Shown: positions 52,006 to 64,000 of the stretch, in pieces
Layout of the letters: each line of letters opens with the position of its first letter
Position numbering within the stretch: position 1 is the first letter of the stretch
DNA from: Chiloscyllium plagiosum
Lineage: Eukaryota
Direction of reading: 5' to 3'
Length of the DNA stretch: 64,000 nucleotides
Assembly (NCBI RefSeq): GCF_004010195.1
Contig: NC_057720.1
Span: 29,371,949-29,435,948 of the forward strand
Made by a program: the position numbers and the translations under genes
The notes under the pieces: model-generated
Databases searched by the model: none
The model's input: only the letters and a program-made list of their open reading frames with translations
Told to the model about the DNA's origin: nothing

Positions 52006-54367
52006 TCCACTAGAACATCATCATTGCATAGACACAGACAGCTTAACAAGTCCCCAGAATTTATTTAAGTATCAATGTAACAAGCAGAAATTCAATGAAT
52101 GTGATGGATGGATGACATATATCAGAACAGCAAATAGAAAGTTCTATAGTATTATAGCAATAGGTTGTAGGGTAGAACAGCAATGTGGAATAAAAAAAAA
52201 GTTATAGGGCAACACAGGGATGTGTAATAAGGCTGTAGGGGGAAAAATGCCACTACACAATGCAGGAACAAGATGCTGGAGGCAGGGCATCAATAAGTTA
52301 CAGGGGACAGGACAGCAGCAAGTCATAGATTGGACAACTGACAAATGATAAAATTTCATATCAAACTTTGGTGACAAATATCTGAGTGAGTACGTAAGCC
52401 TGAAACCCATTATATAAAATTGTGTTACTGTAATCTCATTATAATAACCGTTTAATTATATTGAATGTTGGAATTCAGACATAAAGAAGATGGAAGTGTT
52501 ATGGTATATTATTCTTGACTGTCAATGTGTGATCACGCGAGAATACTGTGTGTTATCTCACCAAAATATAGTAAATCACAGAGTGACACATCTAAAAAAA
52601 CTCCAGATATTAAGGATAATGTAATGCTTCTTCAGTTTAAGGCTGTCTGCAAGCAATGTTGATATGAGGCTGTGGATAATGCTGTGATTAATTTTTGAAG
52701 AGATAGTACTGAAAGATGTAGGGCTCTGGCATTGTTGAGAAACAGAATGTGTCCAGGCGTTATCCTGAATCCCCATATCTGCAGCACACTTTCTAATTAA
52801 AAATAAACACAACCAGATTGCCCCAGAGTTTCTAATAGCTCTTTGATTAAAATTAAAACTGATAACAACTGTAATATTTAATGTATTTGCATTTAGTTGC
52901 TGCATGCACACTTAAACACCTGCTGAATAAAGATTGTGAGAATTATTTCAAATGCTGCCTCATTCTACGAATTATTATTGTATAGATATTTGAGCTGGAT
53001 TGACAATGTCTTGCTATTCTGTGTCCTTGGATCACAGAGATGTAAAAAATAAAATTGAATAAAATTTCAGTTAATAATGTCAGAACAGAAAAGTATTGCT
53101 ATAATTTTGTGAATTGAACTTATCAGGAGGTAGTATGGCTGGTTTGAGGAAGTTGAGGCTTGCTGTACAATGCATTAACATCTCATATACCTAAGCTCCA
53201 TTTAAATGTGCACCTAGTCAGCAGCACATTTTCACTGCCTTAGTCGTTGTGATAAGCAGGCAACTGGTTTCCCTTCTGGCAGCCTCAACTTGATCAAGGA
53301 ACAGGTATTCATGTATTCCCATCCCTTTGCCTGAAAACAAACATGATTCAATTATTCTTCCTTAAGCTGCATCTTACTCCAAACTGGGTTGGAGCAAATT
53401 TTCTGTATCTCCACAGTGACAAAACACTCCCTCTACCTGTCTTTAGAATACAAAAACAGGAATAATCCTTTGAGCCCTTCAGGCATTCAACAAGATTGTA
53501 ATTAATCTGTACTTCAACTCAACTTTTGCCTCTTAGTTCTCTTACCATTTAAAATCCTTGTCCAATAAACATCAACAAATCTCCATTTTGAAATTTTCGA
53601 TTAAGCTAGCCTCAACAAATTTATATTATGTGTGTGTTATGAAAATCGTATCCAGCCTAAATCAAGGTAATTGAGAGTTTTCTGATGGTTTGTGACAGTA
53701 GGACCTATATATGGCCAGGGCAACAACTAATTTGAGAAAGAAACTTTGCACTTAATGCACTCTGAGATCAATCTGCCATTTTTCTCTGTGGTTGCTACAA
53801 TATGTTAAAAGGAGGTTATTACGTTCTCTCTTATATGTGTGCTAAATGTTGTTACTTTGCTACAAACTGTCAGCCCTACATTTTGAGAAAAGGCAGATGC
53901 ATTTGTATCTCAGCCCAGCAGATCTAACCTACTGTTACCAAAGAGAATTGCTTGCCTCATTTCAACGTGTTTAATCTAATTCCATTCACATATTTTCCTG
54001 ATTTTTTGTTCTTCATGTATTTACCTAATTTCTGTTATATGTACCTGTGCTATTATCGTTAAATGCTCCTTGTTGTAGTGAATTCCATACTCAAACCACT
54101 TCTTGAATTCCCTACTGAATTTATTATTGATTACCTTATACTTAAAGCCTCTAGTTCTGTCCAGTCATAGAAGTGGAAGCAGCTTCTCTGTATCCATTGT
54201 ATAAAAATCTTCCACTGGGCTATATCTACTTCTGTTTTTATTTCTTACATTTCAGCATTTGAGCTCAGCTGATTCCCATAGTCTGACCACAAACTGTGTC
54301 TAATACAAAATAGCATGGTTGAAAGTCAGTATTTCCATCAACTGCATTATGTCAAGAGAAAGAGGTA

Positions 54368-56690
54368 AATTGAATTGAATTGAATTGAATTGAATTTATT
54401 GTCACGTGTACTGAGGCACAGTGAAAAGCTTTGTCTTGCGAGCAATACGGCAGATCATATTGTTAAGTAGCATAGATAAGTAAATAATAGGTAAACTGCA
54501 GCAAAAACAAAAGAAACACAGGTATAGGCGAATGCTAATGGTTTGTGAGTCCATTCAGTATTCTAACAACAGTAGGATAGAAACTGTTTCGAAACTGGCT
54601 AGTGCATATGTTCAGGCTTTTGTACCTTCTCCCCGGTGGTAGAGGTTGTAGAAAAGCATTGCCGGGGTGGGATGGATCTTTAGGAATGCTGTCAGCCTTT
54701 CCTTGACAGCGGGCCTGGTAGGTGATTCTATAGATGGGAGGTTGGCCTTTGTGATTGTCCGGGCGGAGTTCACCACTCTCTGTAACTGTCTCTGATCTTG
54801 AGTGGTACAGTTACCATACCAGATAATGATACATCCAGGCAGAATACTCTCGATGGCGCACCTATAAAAGTTGGCAAGGGTATTTGCCATCATGCCAAAT
54901 TTCCTCAGCTGCCTGAGGAAGAAGAGATGTTAATGGGCCTTCGTAACCACTGCGTCCACATGAAGAATCCAAGAAAGCTTGTTGTGGATAACCACTCCCA
55001 GGAGCTTCACACTGTACATTCATTCTACCTCTGTGCTTCAATATATGGAGGGGGGGAGCATGAGTAACATCCCGCCGCAAGTCAATATTGAGTTCCTTGG
55101 TTTTGCCAGCATTGGGAGCTAGGTTGTTCTCAGTGCACCATTTTTCCAGGTCTTCCACCTCCCATCTGTTGGAGTGGGACCATTCGGCGCAGCCACTTTG
55201 GCGCAAGCGATTCGGCACAGCCGGCTTGACGCAGCCCGTTTTGGCACAGACCCATTTAGGCGTGAGCATTTTGGCACGGCCGGTTTGGTGAGACCCATTT
55301 AAGTGCAGAATTGTTTTGTAGTTATTCAGTAGTTTGTAGTTATTTAGTAGTTTGTAGTTATTATTAAAATAAAATATAACCCATTAAAATGATATTCCAT
55401 TGAAATTGAAGAAATTCAGGGAAGCAGACGCTAGAATACAGACACTTGTAAGAAGATTTAGTGAGAGAAATGACATTGAGTATTTACGAGGGATTGCCCA
55501 TAATTTTGAATTAATGTCATATTTCACATTTTTTGTATTTACCTTATTTCTTTCATTTTTATTTTCTTTTTAACATTTTTACTGAAGAGGATAACCATTA
55601 TTTTTCTTTTTATTGCTTTTATTAATGCTTGTAACTAAGCCTGAAAACAGTTCTGCGCACCAAAACGGGCTGCGCCAAGCCAGCCACGCTGAATCGCTCG
55701 CGTCAAAGTGGCTGCGGTGAATGGTCCTATACCCCCTATCTGTAGTCAATTTCATCGCCATCTGAGATTCGACCGTCTATGGTGGTGTCATCAGCGAACT
55801 TGTAAATTGCATTAGTCTGGTATTTGGTGATGCAGTCATGGGTATACAGTGAGTACAGTAGAGGGCTGAGTTTGCACTCCTGGGGGGCTTCAGTGTTGAG
55901 AGTAAGTAAGGATGAAATATTGTCCCAATCTTCACTGATTGAGGCCTGTGGGTCAGAGAACTGAGGATCCAGTTGCAGAGAGTGGCGCTTAGTCCAATAT
56001 CACTAAGTTTAGTAATCAGTCTCGAGGGGACAATAGTGTTGAAGGCTGAACTGTAGTCAATGAGTAGGATTCTTATGTAGCTGTTCTTGGTGTCAATATG
56101 TTCTAGGGAGGAGTGAAGGGCAAGTGATATGGCATCTGATGTGGATCTGTTGGTCTGATAGGCAAATTGGAGTGGGTCAAGAGTAGTGGGGAGGCTGGAT
56201 TTGATTAATGCCATGACCAGCCTTTCAAAGCACTTCATGAGCCACTGGGCGGTAGTCATTGAGGCATACTGCATGAGCCTTCTCAGGCACAGGGATGATG
56301 TCGGCCCTTTTGTAACAGGCAGGGAGAGTGGCCTGCTGCAGGAAGAGGTTAAAGATGTCTGAGAAGATCTCTGCGTGCTCTGAGTGCGCGGCCTGGTGCT
56401 CTGACTGGTCCCATCGCTTTCCTTGAATTCACACAAAGGAAAACTGACCTGTCCTCTGATGCAGTGATTGTTGGGATAGGTTTGTCAGGACCTGTCAGAA
56501 TGGTGTTACCTCTCTGCCAAAATTCTGCTCAAAGTGAGCATAAAAGGTTTTGAGACGGTCTGGGAAGGATATATCATCATTTTCTATCTTGCGCTGTCTC
56601 TTTTTCGAACCTGTGATATCATTCAGTCCTTGCCATAGTCGCTGGATGTCTGTCTGGTTCTCTAGTTTGGATCGGTATTTGACTCTTTTT
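54368..56690 (-). mobile_element. Rex1/Babar LINE, 5'-truncated
   Basis: MKCFERLV...[18 protein letters not shown]...[10 protein letters not shown]...CNWIL; NFYRCAIESIL; (TTCAA)n tail. Confidence 0.92.
55170..55734 (+). mobile_element. Non-autonomous Mutator (MULE) DNA transposon nested in the Rex LINE
   Basis: About 80-bp TIRs with about 15-bp subrepeats; 9-bp TSD cccatctgt / cctatctgt; internal KKFREADARIQTLV...EYLRGIAHNF. Confidence 0.85.
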
Positions 56691-57204
56691 ATTTCCAAGT
56701 GCTTGTGTCCATGAACAGAGGTGCTTTATTCCCTATTTTGATCTCTTTTGAAACAGACTGTTGCTTTGTGAAGTTCAATTATTAAAGTGACCTGCAACAA
56801 AATTGTCTTTGTGCTTAAATTAGAATTAATGTTTATCCATGTATTCAAGCCTGGGAGATAATTGTCATAATATGCATGCATACAAAGAAAAGAGAAAGAG
56901 AAACATTTCCACCAAAGAATAACTTAGAAAATACAGATATAAATTCACATGATATATGGAGTCCAGTGAATTTTTCTTCCTGCAAGAAATCAGATTCAGG
57001 AGGGCTTGGCCTCCTGAAGGGCCAGGAGTTGCAGAACTTGTTTTGTCTTTGACAGAAGTGCAACAGTATTAGGTTGATTTTTCAAGAAAATTAATTTATG
57101 TTTCCATTCAATATAATTATTCTTGAGGAACTAAGTTTCAAGGATGCTCAGACTGGAGGGAGAATTAGCTAAGGCGTGAGTCTGGCTGTGGTGTCACCAA
57201 TAAA

Positions 57205-57431
57205 GTTCTCCCCGTGTCTGCGTGGGTTTCCTCTGGGTGCTCCGGTTTCCTCCCACAGTCCAAAGATGTGCAGGTTAGGTGAAATGGCCATGCTAAATTG
57301 CCTGTAGTGTTAGGTGAAGGGGTAAATGTAGGTGAATGGGTCTGAGTGGATTGTTCTTCGGAGGGTCGGTGTGGACTTGTTGGGCTGAAGGGCCTGTTTC
57401 CATACTGTAAGTAATCTAAATCTAAATCTAA
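57205..57431 (+). mobile_element. HE1-type SINE, 5'-truncated
   Basis: Starts within the V-domain; (AAATCT)n tail. Confidence 0.85.
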
Positions 57432-57516
57432 ATATGCCTACGTGTGACCCTAGACACACAGCAAAGTGGTTAACACTTAACTGCCCTCTGGGCAATAGCC
57501 CACTGGCCTAGCCAAT

Positions 57517-57733
57517 GATATGCTTATCCTGTAAATGAATTTACAAAAATATTAACAGTAGACTGATTTTAACTAGACTAAGGCAAGGTTTCATAACTTA
57601 CCAAAGACCAGAGGAGTTTAGGTAAGATATGCTTATCCTGTAAATGAATTTACAAAATATTAACAGTAGACTGATTTTAACTAGACTAAGGCAAGGTTTC
57701 ATAACTTACCAAAGACCAGAGGAGTTTAGGTAA
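57517..57733 (+). repeat. Near-perfect 109/108-bp tandem duplication
   Basis: 57517-57625 repeated at 57626-57733, differing by one A. Confidence 0.95.
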
Positions 57734-60187
57734 TGTGATGGGGTTGCTAGGTGAGTTTCTTTACCTAATGGTGTCATTTCTATGCTTCTGGTTTAAACCA
57801 TTGTTCATCATATAAACTAGGCAATAGGATATTAACACTTGTTCAAGCATAGTGTAGTTAAAGGTTACTCTTAGTTTATCAGATCCTAGTGGGGATACAT
57901 GATATATATTCTTTTGTGTTTGTTGACTATAAAGTACTTACAATGTCAAGCTGTCAGATCCCAACTGGAGAGTATCTAGAATTCTGTCCTCATTACTGCT
58001 GCTTGGAAGTTTTCGGAAATTGTAGTCAACTTGTATCTGATCAGCAACAGCTATGCTTTAGTCCACCAAAGTCCATATTTTAAAAATATATACTCTTTAA
58101 AAACAATTTATGATCTCTTTTAGACTAGTGGACCTACAATGTAACTGATTGTGTTGACAACTGCTATGTAACTGATTTTGTTCAAGCTGCTGACATTTCT
58201 AAGGGCAGTTAATCTGCACTTTGCACTGATGATTTAATTGTGAGAGATAAAGATTCCTTCATATTTGTGCATGGAAGCAACTAGTATGAACCAAAACACA
58301 TTGAATTCTTCTCCTTTTTTGCAGGTATCTTCAAGGCCTAGTTCACCTACAACATTCTCTCAGCCTGTGTCCTTCAGGGCATTCAGTCTGACTTCCTGTC
58401 TTTCCATCTTTTCCCTGTTTTACTAATGGGTGGCAGAGTATCAAATTAGTGCTCGTGTTTGGAATACTTTCTCCCCGAATCCCTCTGCTTTCACCTCTAG
58501 AATCACAAAAAAGCTCTCAAATACTTTTGGCAAGTCTCCATTATTAGTTTGTTATCTGAAATGAAATGGGATGGGATATTTCCAAGGCCTTCATCAATGT
58601 TGTTTTTATATTTCATAACATTTACAAGAAATGTTCCTATTATCATACTTGTAAAATGATCTTAATGGAAATAAAAATGCCTATAGCTGAATATTTTGCA
58701 ACAAAGGCAGATGAGTTATCAATCATACTTTCACTTTTTTATTGTAGAAGAGTTTCTGCTCACAGATGTTCATTCTAGCTGTCTTGTCACATTAGGTAAG
58801 GTGACATTCAACAACAAAATATCATTATAATTACAAATGCTTAACTTTAGATGAAATTGTAGGCAATTAAGTCTGAAAAACAGCCAGAGGACAAATGAAG
58901 AAAAATATTTGAACACATTTCTGCATTACCATTTATCAACCCAATGGCACGATGCCCATTATTCCTGTTCATGTTCAAAACATTGCTAAATTCTGTGGAA
59001 ATCAGTAATGGGATATCAATCAATTAGGTGTGATAATTGAGATAGAAGGTTATGAGATAATTGACATAGCTCCACCTAGCTAATTTATAAAAGGCATGAC
59101 ATTGTGACCCCTGAGAAATTCTTTTTCTTGAGAAACATTGGTCTCTAAAGTGGACCAGTGAAAATGTTTAATGTGCTGACTCAAGAAACCTGCGATGGGA
59201 TTTTGACTGCGGATTTACAACATTGCTCTAGATGCGCATATTATGGAAAACTATTGTCCCACAAAATGGTGTGTAGCACTACATTTTCCAAAACTACTAT
59301 TATTTGTTATAATTGGTAGGATAGAAGTTGAATATTGCTGAAAAAGACACATTTTGTCAAACCATTTCATCTTGCACTCATAAGAATCATTTGCACGAAA
59401 TACCAAAGCAAAGAACACAAGATTTACACTCTGTGAAGGGGCAGTACTGACTGTACACATACTTCACCTGTTTCACTTTAACAAAATAGGTGACAGTGAT
59501 TCTCTGGTTGTTTCTCAGGACAGCGCCTTGACAAGTCAAAGACAACTTGCATTGTTTAAAATTAAAAGGAAGCTTCATAAGTGATCGACATTCATCAGTA
59601 ATTCATGCATTCTCCATGGTGATGCCTCTACCAATCAGAACTCTCTTCACATTTGGTTCAAATGCTGCCTTTACTTTGGTGTTTCTTGTGTGTAGCCCTC
59701 ACAAGTGGGAGAGAAAAATCTTCAACAAATTGTGTCCTTTTACGGCAATAAGCAAACATTATTTTACAACTATATAGATGCTTTGCATTCCTCAAAATAA
59801 ATTAGAGAGGCCATTGTGATAATAAGTTAGTTAAGATCTAACAAGGGAAACTCAGGGTTGGAACAACAAAGAGAAACAAAGTCATTATCAAATGTAATTA
59901 ATGTCTGGTCACCGTATCTCTTTGACAAACTTTACAAGAAAAAGGAACTTCTATAAATTTATGTGATATGATTAAAATATCCTTGACATACCTGTCCAAG
60001 ACAATAAATCAAATAACATAAGACAAGCAAAACATATGTGACTTCTAAACCTTTTGGTAACTTTGGTACTACTACAGCAGTTTTGCAATTATAAGGAGTT
60101 ATGAAGTAATTGATCATAAAAACATAATTATAAGAATCATAATGATCATAAGAACAAAAGAAAACCAGTCACCCATCAGCTGTGAGG

Positions 60188-60502
60188 TGGCATGGTGGCG
60201 CAGTGGCTAGCACTGCCGCCTCACAGTACCAGAGACCCGGGTTCAATTCCTGCCTCGGGCAACTGTCTGTGTGAAGTTTGCATTTTCTCCCCGTGTCTGC
60301 TTCGGTTTCCTCCCACAGTCCAAAGATGTGCAGGTTTGGTGAATTGGTCATGCTAAATTGTGCACCCAATACCCTATTACATGCATTAGTCAGGAGTAAA
60401 TATCAGGTAGGGTAATGTGTGTGGGTGGATTGCTGTTCAGAAGGTTGGTGTGGACTTGTTGGGCAAAATGGCCTGTTTCCATGCTGTAGGGAATCTAATC
60501 TA
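60188..60502 (+). mobile_element. HE1-type SINE with small internal deletion
   Basis: tRNA head, partial V-domain, aatctaatct tail. Confidence 0.85.
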
Positions 60503-60844
60503 AAAAAAAAACTGGTTCATGATTCATTTAGACTATGGTTTACTCCATTTATTGACCTTTTCTCTTACTGAATACAATCTAATCTTAATCATGAAATTGT
60601 AATTAACCCACCATTCATATTCTCTTAGGAGAGAGAGGTCTTGATTTCCACTACTGCTGCATCAGCTCAGCAGGTCTGGCAGCTTCTGTGGAGAGAAACC
60701 AGAGTGAATGTTTTAGGTTCAATGACACTTCCTCAGAACAGCAAAGAAATATTTTTTCCTGTACTTTCCCCACTGCATTCCTTTATCATTTTAAACACCC
60801 CACACTGTGCCTCTGAGAAAACCATTCAAAATAAAAGAAAGGAA

Positions 60845-63800
60845 TAAGAAGGTGCTGCTGAAAAGGATTCTGGGAGGAGTCATCTCAGTAACTTTGACTG
60901 AGGAGGGAGCGCAGAAGAGCTGGTGTCAGCAAACCGTGTGAGGGCATCCAACAGAGGGTGCAGCTGAGAAGGATTCTGGGAGAAGTCGTCTCAGTCACTA
61001 CCCAGGAGTGAATAAAAGGAAGGTAAGCCAGAATGGAGCGGGAATTTTGAGAAGGTTGCAGTGCTGCTGGAGGTTTAAGTGTAGGCTTAAATGAATAACT
61101 TCAGTGAGGACGGGGAGCAGCAGTGAGGTAAGGCAGTCAGAGTAGGACCAAACTACTACAGCTTCTGAAGACATGAGGTTAAAGGAGAAGTAGAACAAAA
61201 TTTAATTGTGAAGTCACAGGCAGCAGGTAAATGAGCAACTGGTGAGTAGTATCTTTTCTCTCTTACTCTCTCTTCACTTTGCTACTGTTGTTAACTTAAG
61301 GGTTACATTATAGCAGGGGATCTCAGACCTGTGTCATGCTCCTACTGTGCGATGTGGGAATTCAGGGACCGTTCTGATATCCCTAACTCCTTCATGTGCA
61401 GGAAGCGTGTCCAGCTGCAGCTCCTGTTTGATTACTTGATGGCTCTGGAGCTGGGGCTGGATTCACTTTGGAGCATCCAGGAGGCTGAGGGCATCATGGA
61501 TAGGATGATCAGTAATTTGGTCATACAGCAGATAAAATTACTGAGGAATATAAGGAATGGGTGACCAACAGACGGACAGAGGAAGAATAGGAAGGCAGTG
61601 CAGGGGTCCCCTGCAATCATCTCCCTCCAAAACAGATGTACCATTTTGGATATTGTTGGGGAAGATGGCTCACCAGGGGAAGAAGGAAGCAGCCAGGTTC
61701 ATGGCATTGTGACTGGTTCTGCTGCACAGGAGGGCAGGAAAAAGAGTGGCAGAGCTATAGTGATAGAGAATTCAACTGTAAGGGGAATAAATTGGCATTT
61801 TTGCGGCCGCAAATATAAGTCCAAGATGGTATGTTGCCTCCTTGGTGCAAGTGTCAAGGATGTCTTGGAATGGCTGCTGGACATTCTGGGGTGCAAGGGT
61901 GAAAAGCCAGCTATCGTGGCACATATAGGCACGATATAGGTAAAAAATTGAATGAGGTCCTACAAACTGAATTTAGGGAGTTAGGAGTTAAACTAAAAAG
62001 TAGGACCTCAAAGTTAGTAATCTCAAGATTGCTATCTGTGCCACATGCTAGTCATAGCAGGAATGGCAGGATGACTAAGATGAATACATAGCTTGAATGA
62101 TGGTGCAAAAGGGAGGGATTCAAATTCCTGGGACATTGGAACAGGTTCTGAGGGTGATGGGACCAATACAAACAGAACGGTCTGCATCTAGCCAGGACTG
62201 GAACCAATGTCGTGTTGGGAATGTTTGCTGGTGCTGTTGGGGAGGGTTTAAACTAATATGGCAGCGGGATGGGAACCAATACAGGAAGTTGGAGGGAAGT
62301 AAAGTGCGGACAGAAACAAAGGACAGTAAGGGGAAAAGTGAAGGTAGAAGACAGAGAAACCAAAGACAAACATCAAAAGAGCCACATTTCACAATGATTC
62401 TAAAAGGGCCATAAATGTTAAAACAAATGAGCCTGAAGGCTCTGTATCTCAGTGCAAGATGCATTTGTAATAAGGTGATGAATTAACTGCACAAACAGTT
62501 GTTAATGAATATGATATAATTGGGATCACAGAGATTAGATTCCAGGGTGACTAAGGATGGGAACTCACCATTCAGGGTTATTCAATTTTCACGAGAGATA
62601 GACAGAAAGGAAAGGGAGGTGTGGTAATGTTGCTGGTTAAGGAAGAGATTAACACAATAGTAAGGTATTGTGGACAATGTGGAATCTATATGGGTGGAAC
62701 TACAGAATATCAAAGGGAAAAAGACATTAGTTGAAGGTAGTGTACAGACGACCAAACAGTAGTTGTGATGTTGGGGACTGTATTAAACAGGAAATTATAG
62801 ATGCATGCAGTAAGGGTACACCAGTTATTATGGGTAACTTCATTTTACATATGAATTGGACTAACCAAACTGATAGCAACGCGATAGGGGAGGATTTCCT
62901 GGAATGTATGAGGGATGGTTTCCTTGACCAATAAGTTGAGGAATCAAATTGAGAGCAAGCTATCCTGGACTGGGTATTGTGTAATGTGAGAGGATTAATT
63001 AGCAACATTGTGGTGTGAGATCCTTTGGGGAAGAGTGATCATAATATGGTAGAATTCTTCATTAAGATGGAGAGTAACACAATTAATTCTGAAACTATGG
63101 TCTCCAACTTAAAGAATGCTAACTTTGATAGTATGAGGCATGCATTGGCTAGGATAATCGGGCAAAAAATGTTTAAGGAGTTGACAGTGGCAGACATTTA
63201 AAGAACACACGGATGAACTTCAACAATTGTACATCCCTGCCAGGCATAAGCGTAAAACAGGGAAGGTGGCTCAACCCTAAATAAGAAGGGAAATCAGTTA
63301 AAGCCAAAGATGAGGCATATACATTGGCTAGAAAGAAAAGCAGCAAACCTAATGACTGGGAGAAATTTAAAATTCAGCAGAGGAGGACAAAGAGTTTAAT
63401 ACAGATAGGGAAAATAGGATATGCCAGTAAGCTTGCAGAAAACATAAAAACTGACTGCAAAGTTTCTATGTATAAGTGGAGAAAAAAAGACTAGTGAAGT
63501 CAAATATAGTCTCCTGCAGTTAGAGCTGAAAATGTGTTGCTGGAAAAGCGCAGCAGGTCAGGCACCATCCAAGGAGCAGGAGAATAGACGTTTCGAGCAT
63601 GAGCCTTTCTTCAGGACCCTTGGATGCTGCCTGACCTGCTGCGCTTTTCCAGCAGCACATTTTCAGCTCTGATCTCCCGCATCTGCAGTCCTCACTTTCC
63701 CCTGCAGTTAGAATCAGGTGAATTCATAATGGACAACAAAAAGATGGCAGACCAGTTGAACAAATACTTTGGATCTGTCTTCAGTAAGGAGAACACAAAT

Positions 63801-64000
63801 AATCTTCAGGAAATGCTAGGGGACAAAAGATCAAGCATGCAGCATGAACTGAAGGAAATCCTGACCAGTCAGGAAATGGTATTGGCGAAATTGATTAGAT
63901 TAAACCCCAATAAGTCCCCAAGGCCTGATGTTCTACATCTCAGAGCACTTAAGGAAGTGGCCCTAGAAATAGTGGATGGATTGATGATCATTTTCCAACA
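60845..64000 (+). mobile_element. CR1 LINE 5' half: 5' UTR, ORF1 (Zn finger, esterase), ORF2 APE; runs off the window
   Basis: CSYCAMWE..., MVCCLLGASV, AHIGT, VIMGNF; 5' UTR has a duplicated ggattctggga..agtc.tctcagt motif. Confidence 0.9.
63525..63700. mobile_element. Palindromic hammerhead-like short element inserted in CR1 ORF2
   Basis: Inverted arms; perfect TSD cctgcagttaga at 63513-63524 and 63701-63712. Confidence 0.85.

Noticed and set aside
58325..58425. Strong acceptor followed by short open frames
   Set aside because: No recognisable product or linked exons

Overview
Eukaryotic DNA, most likely a shark (elasmobranch) genome; this is inferred from HE1-type V-SINEs and CR1/HER1-type LINEs. 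Most of the window is decayed transposable elements: many CR1 LINEs, a second CR1/L2-group LINE with a tRNA-like head, Rex1/Babar, Tx1, Penelope, two Ty3/gypsy remnants, Harbinger, a MULE-derived MITE, a Tigger-like MITE and several SINEs. Nearly all tracked ORFs are TE fragments or spurious. Reading splice signals by hand gives a phase-consistent five-exon + strand gene (19824-47222) for a 143-aa protein with two N-terminal hydrophobic helices and a polar tail. I do not recognise the gene, and the ORF track shows only its first exon. Other notable items are hairpin elements carrying minimal hammerhead-ribozyme-like cores with 12-15 bp target-site duplications, and non-autonomous elements that share the Rex1/Babar 3' tail, one of them carrying a 36-bp minisatellite. 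Coordinates of old repeats are approximate.
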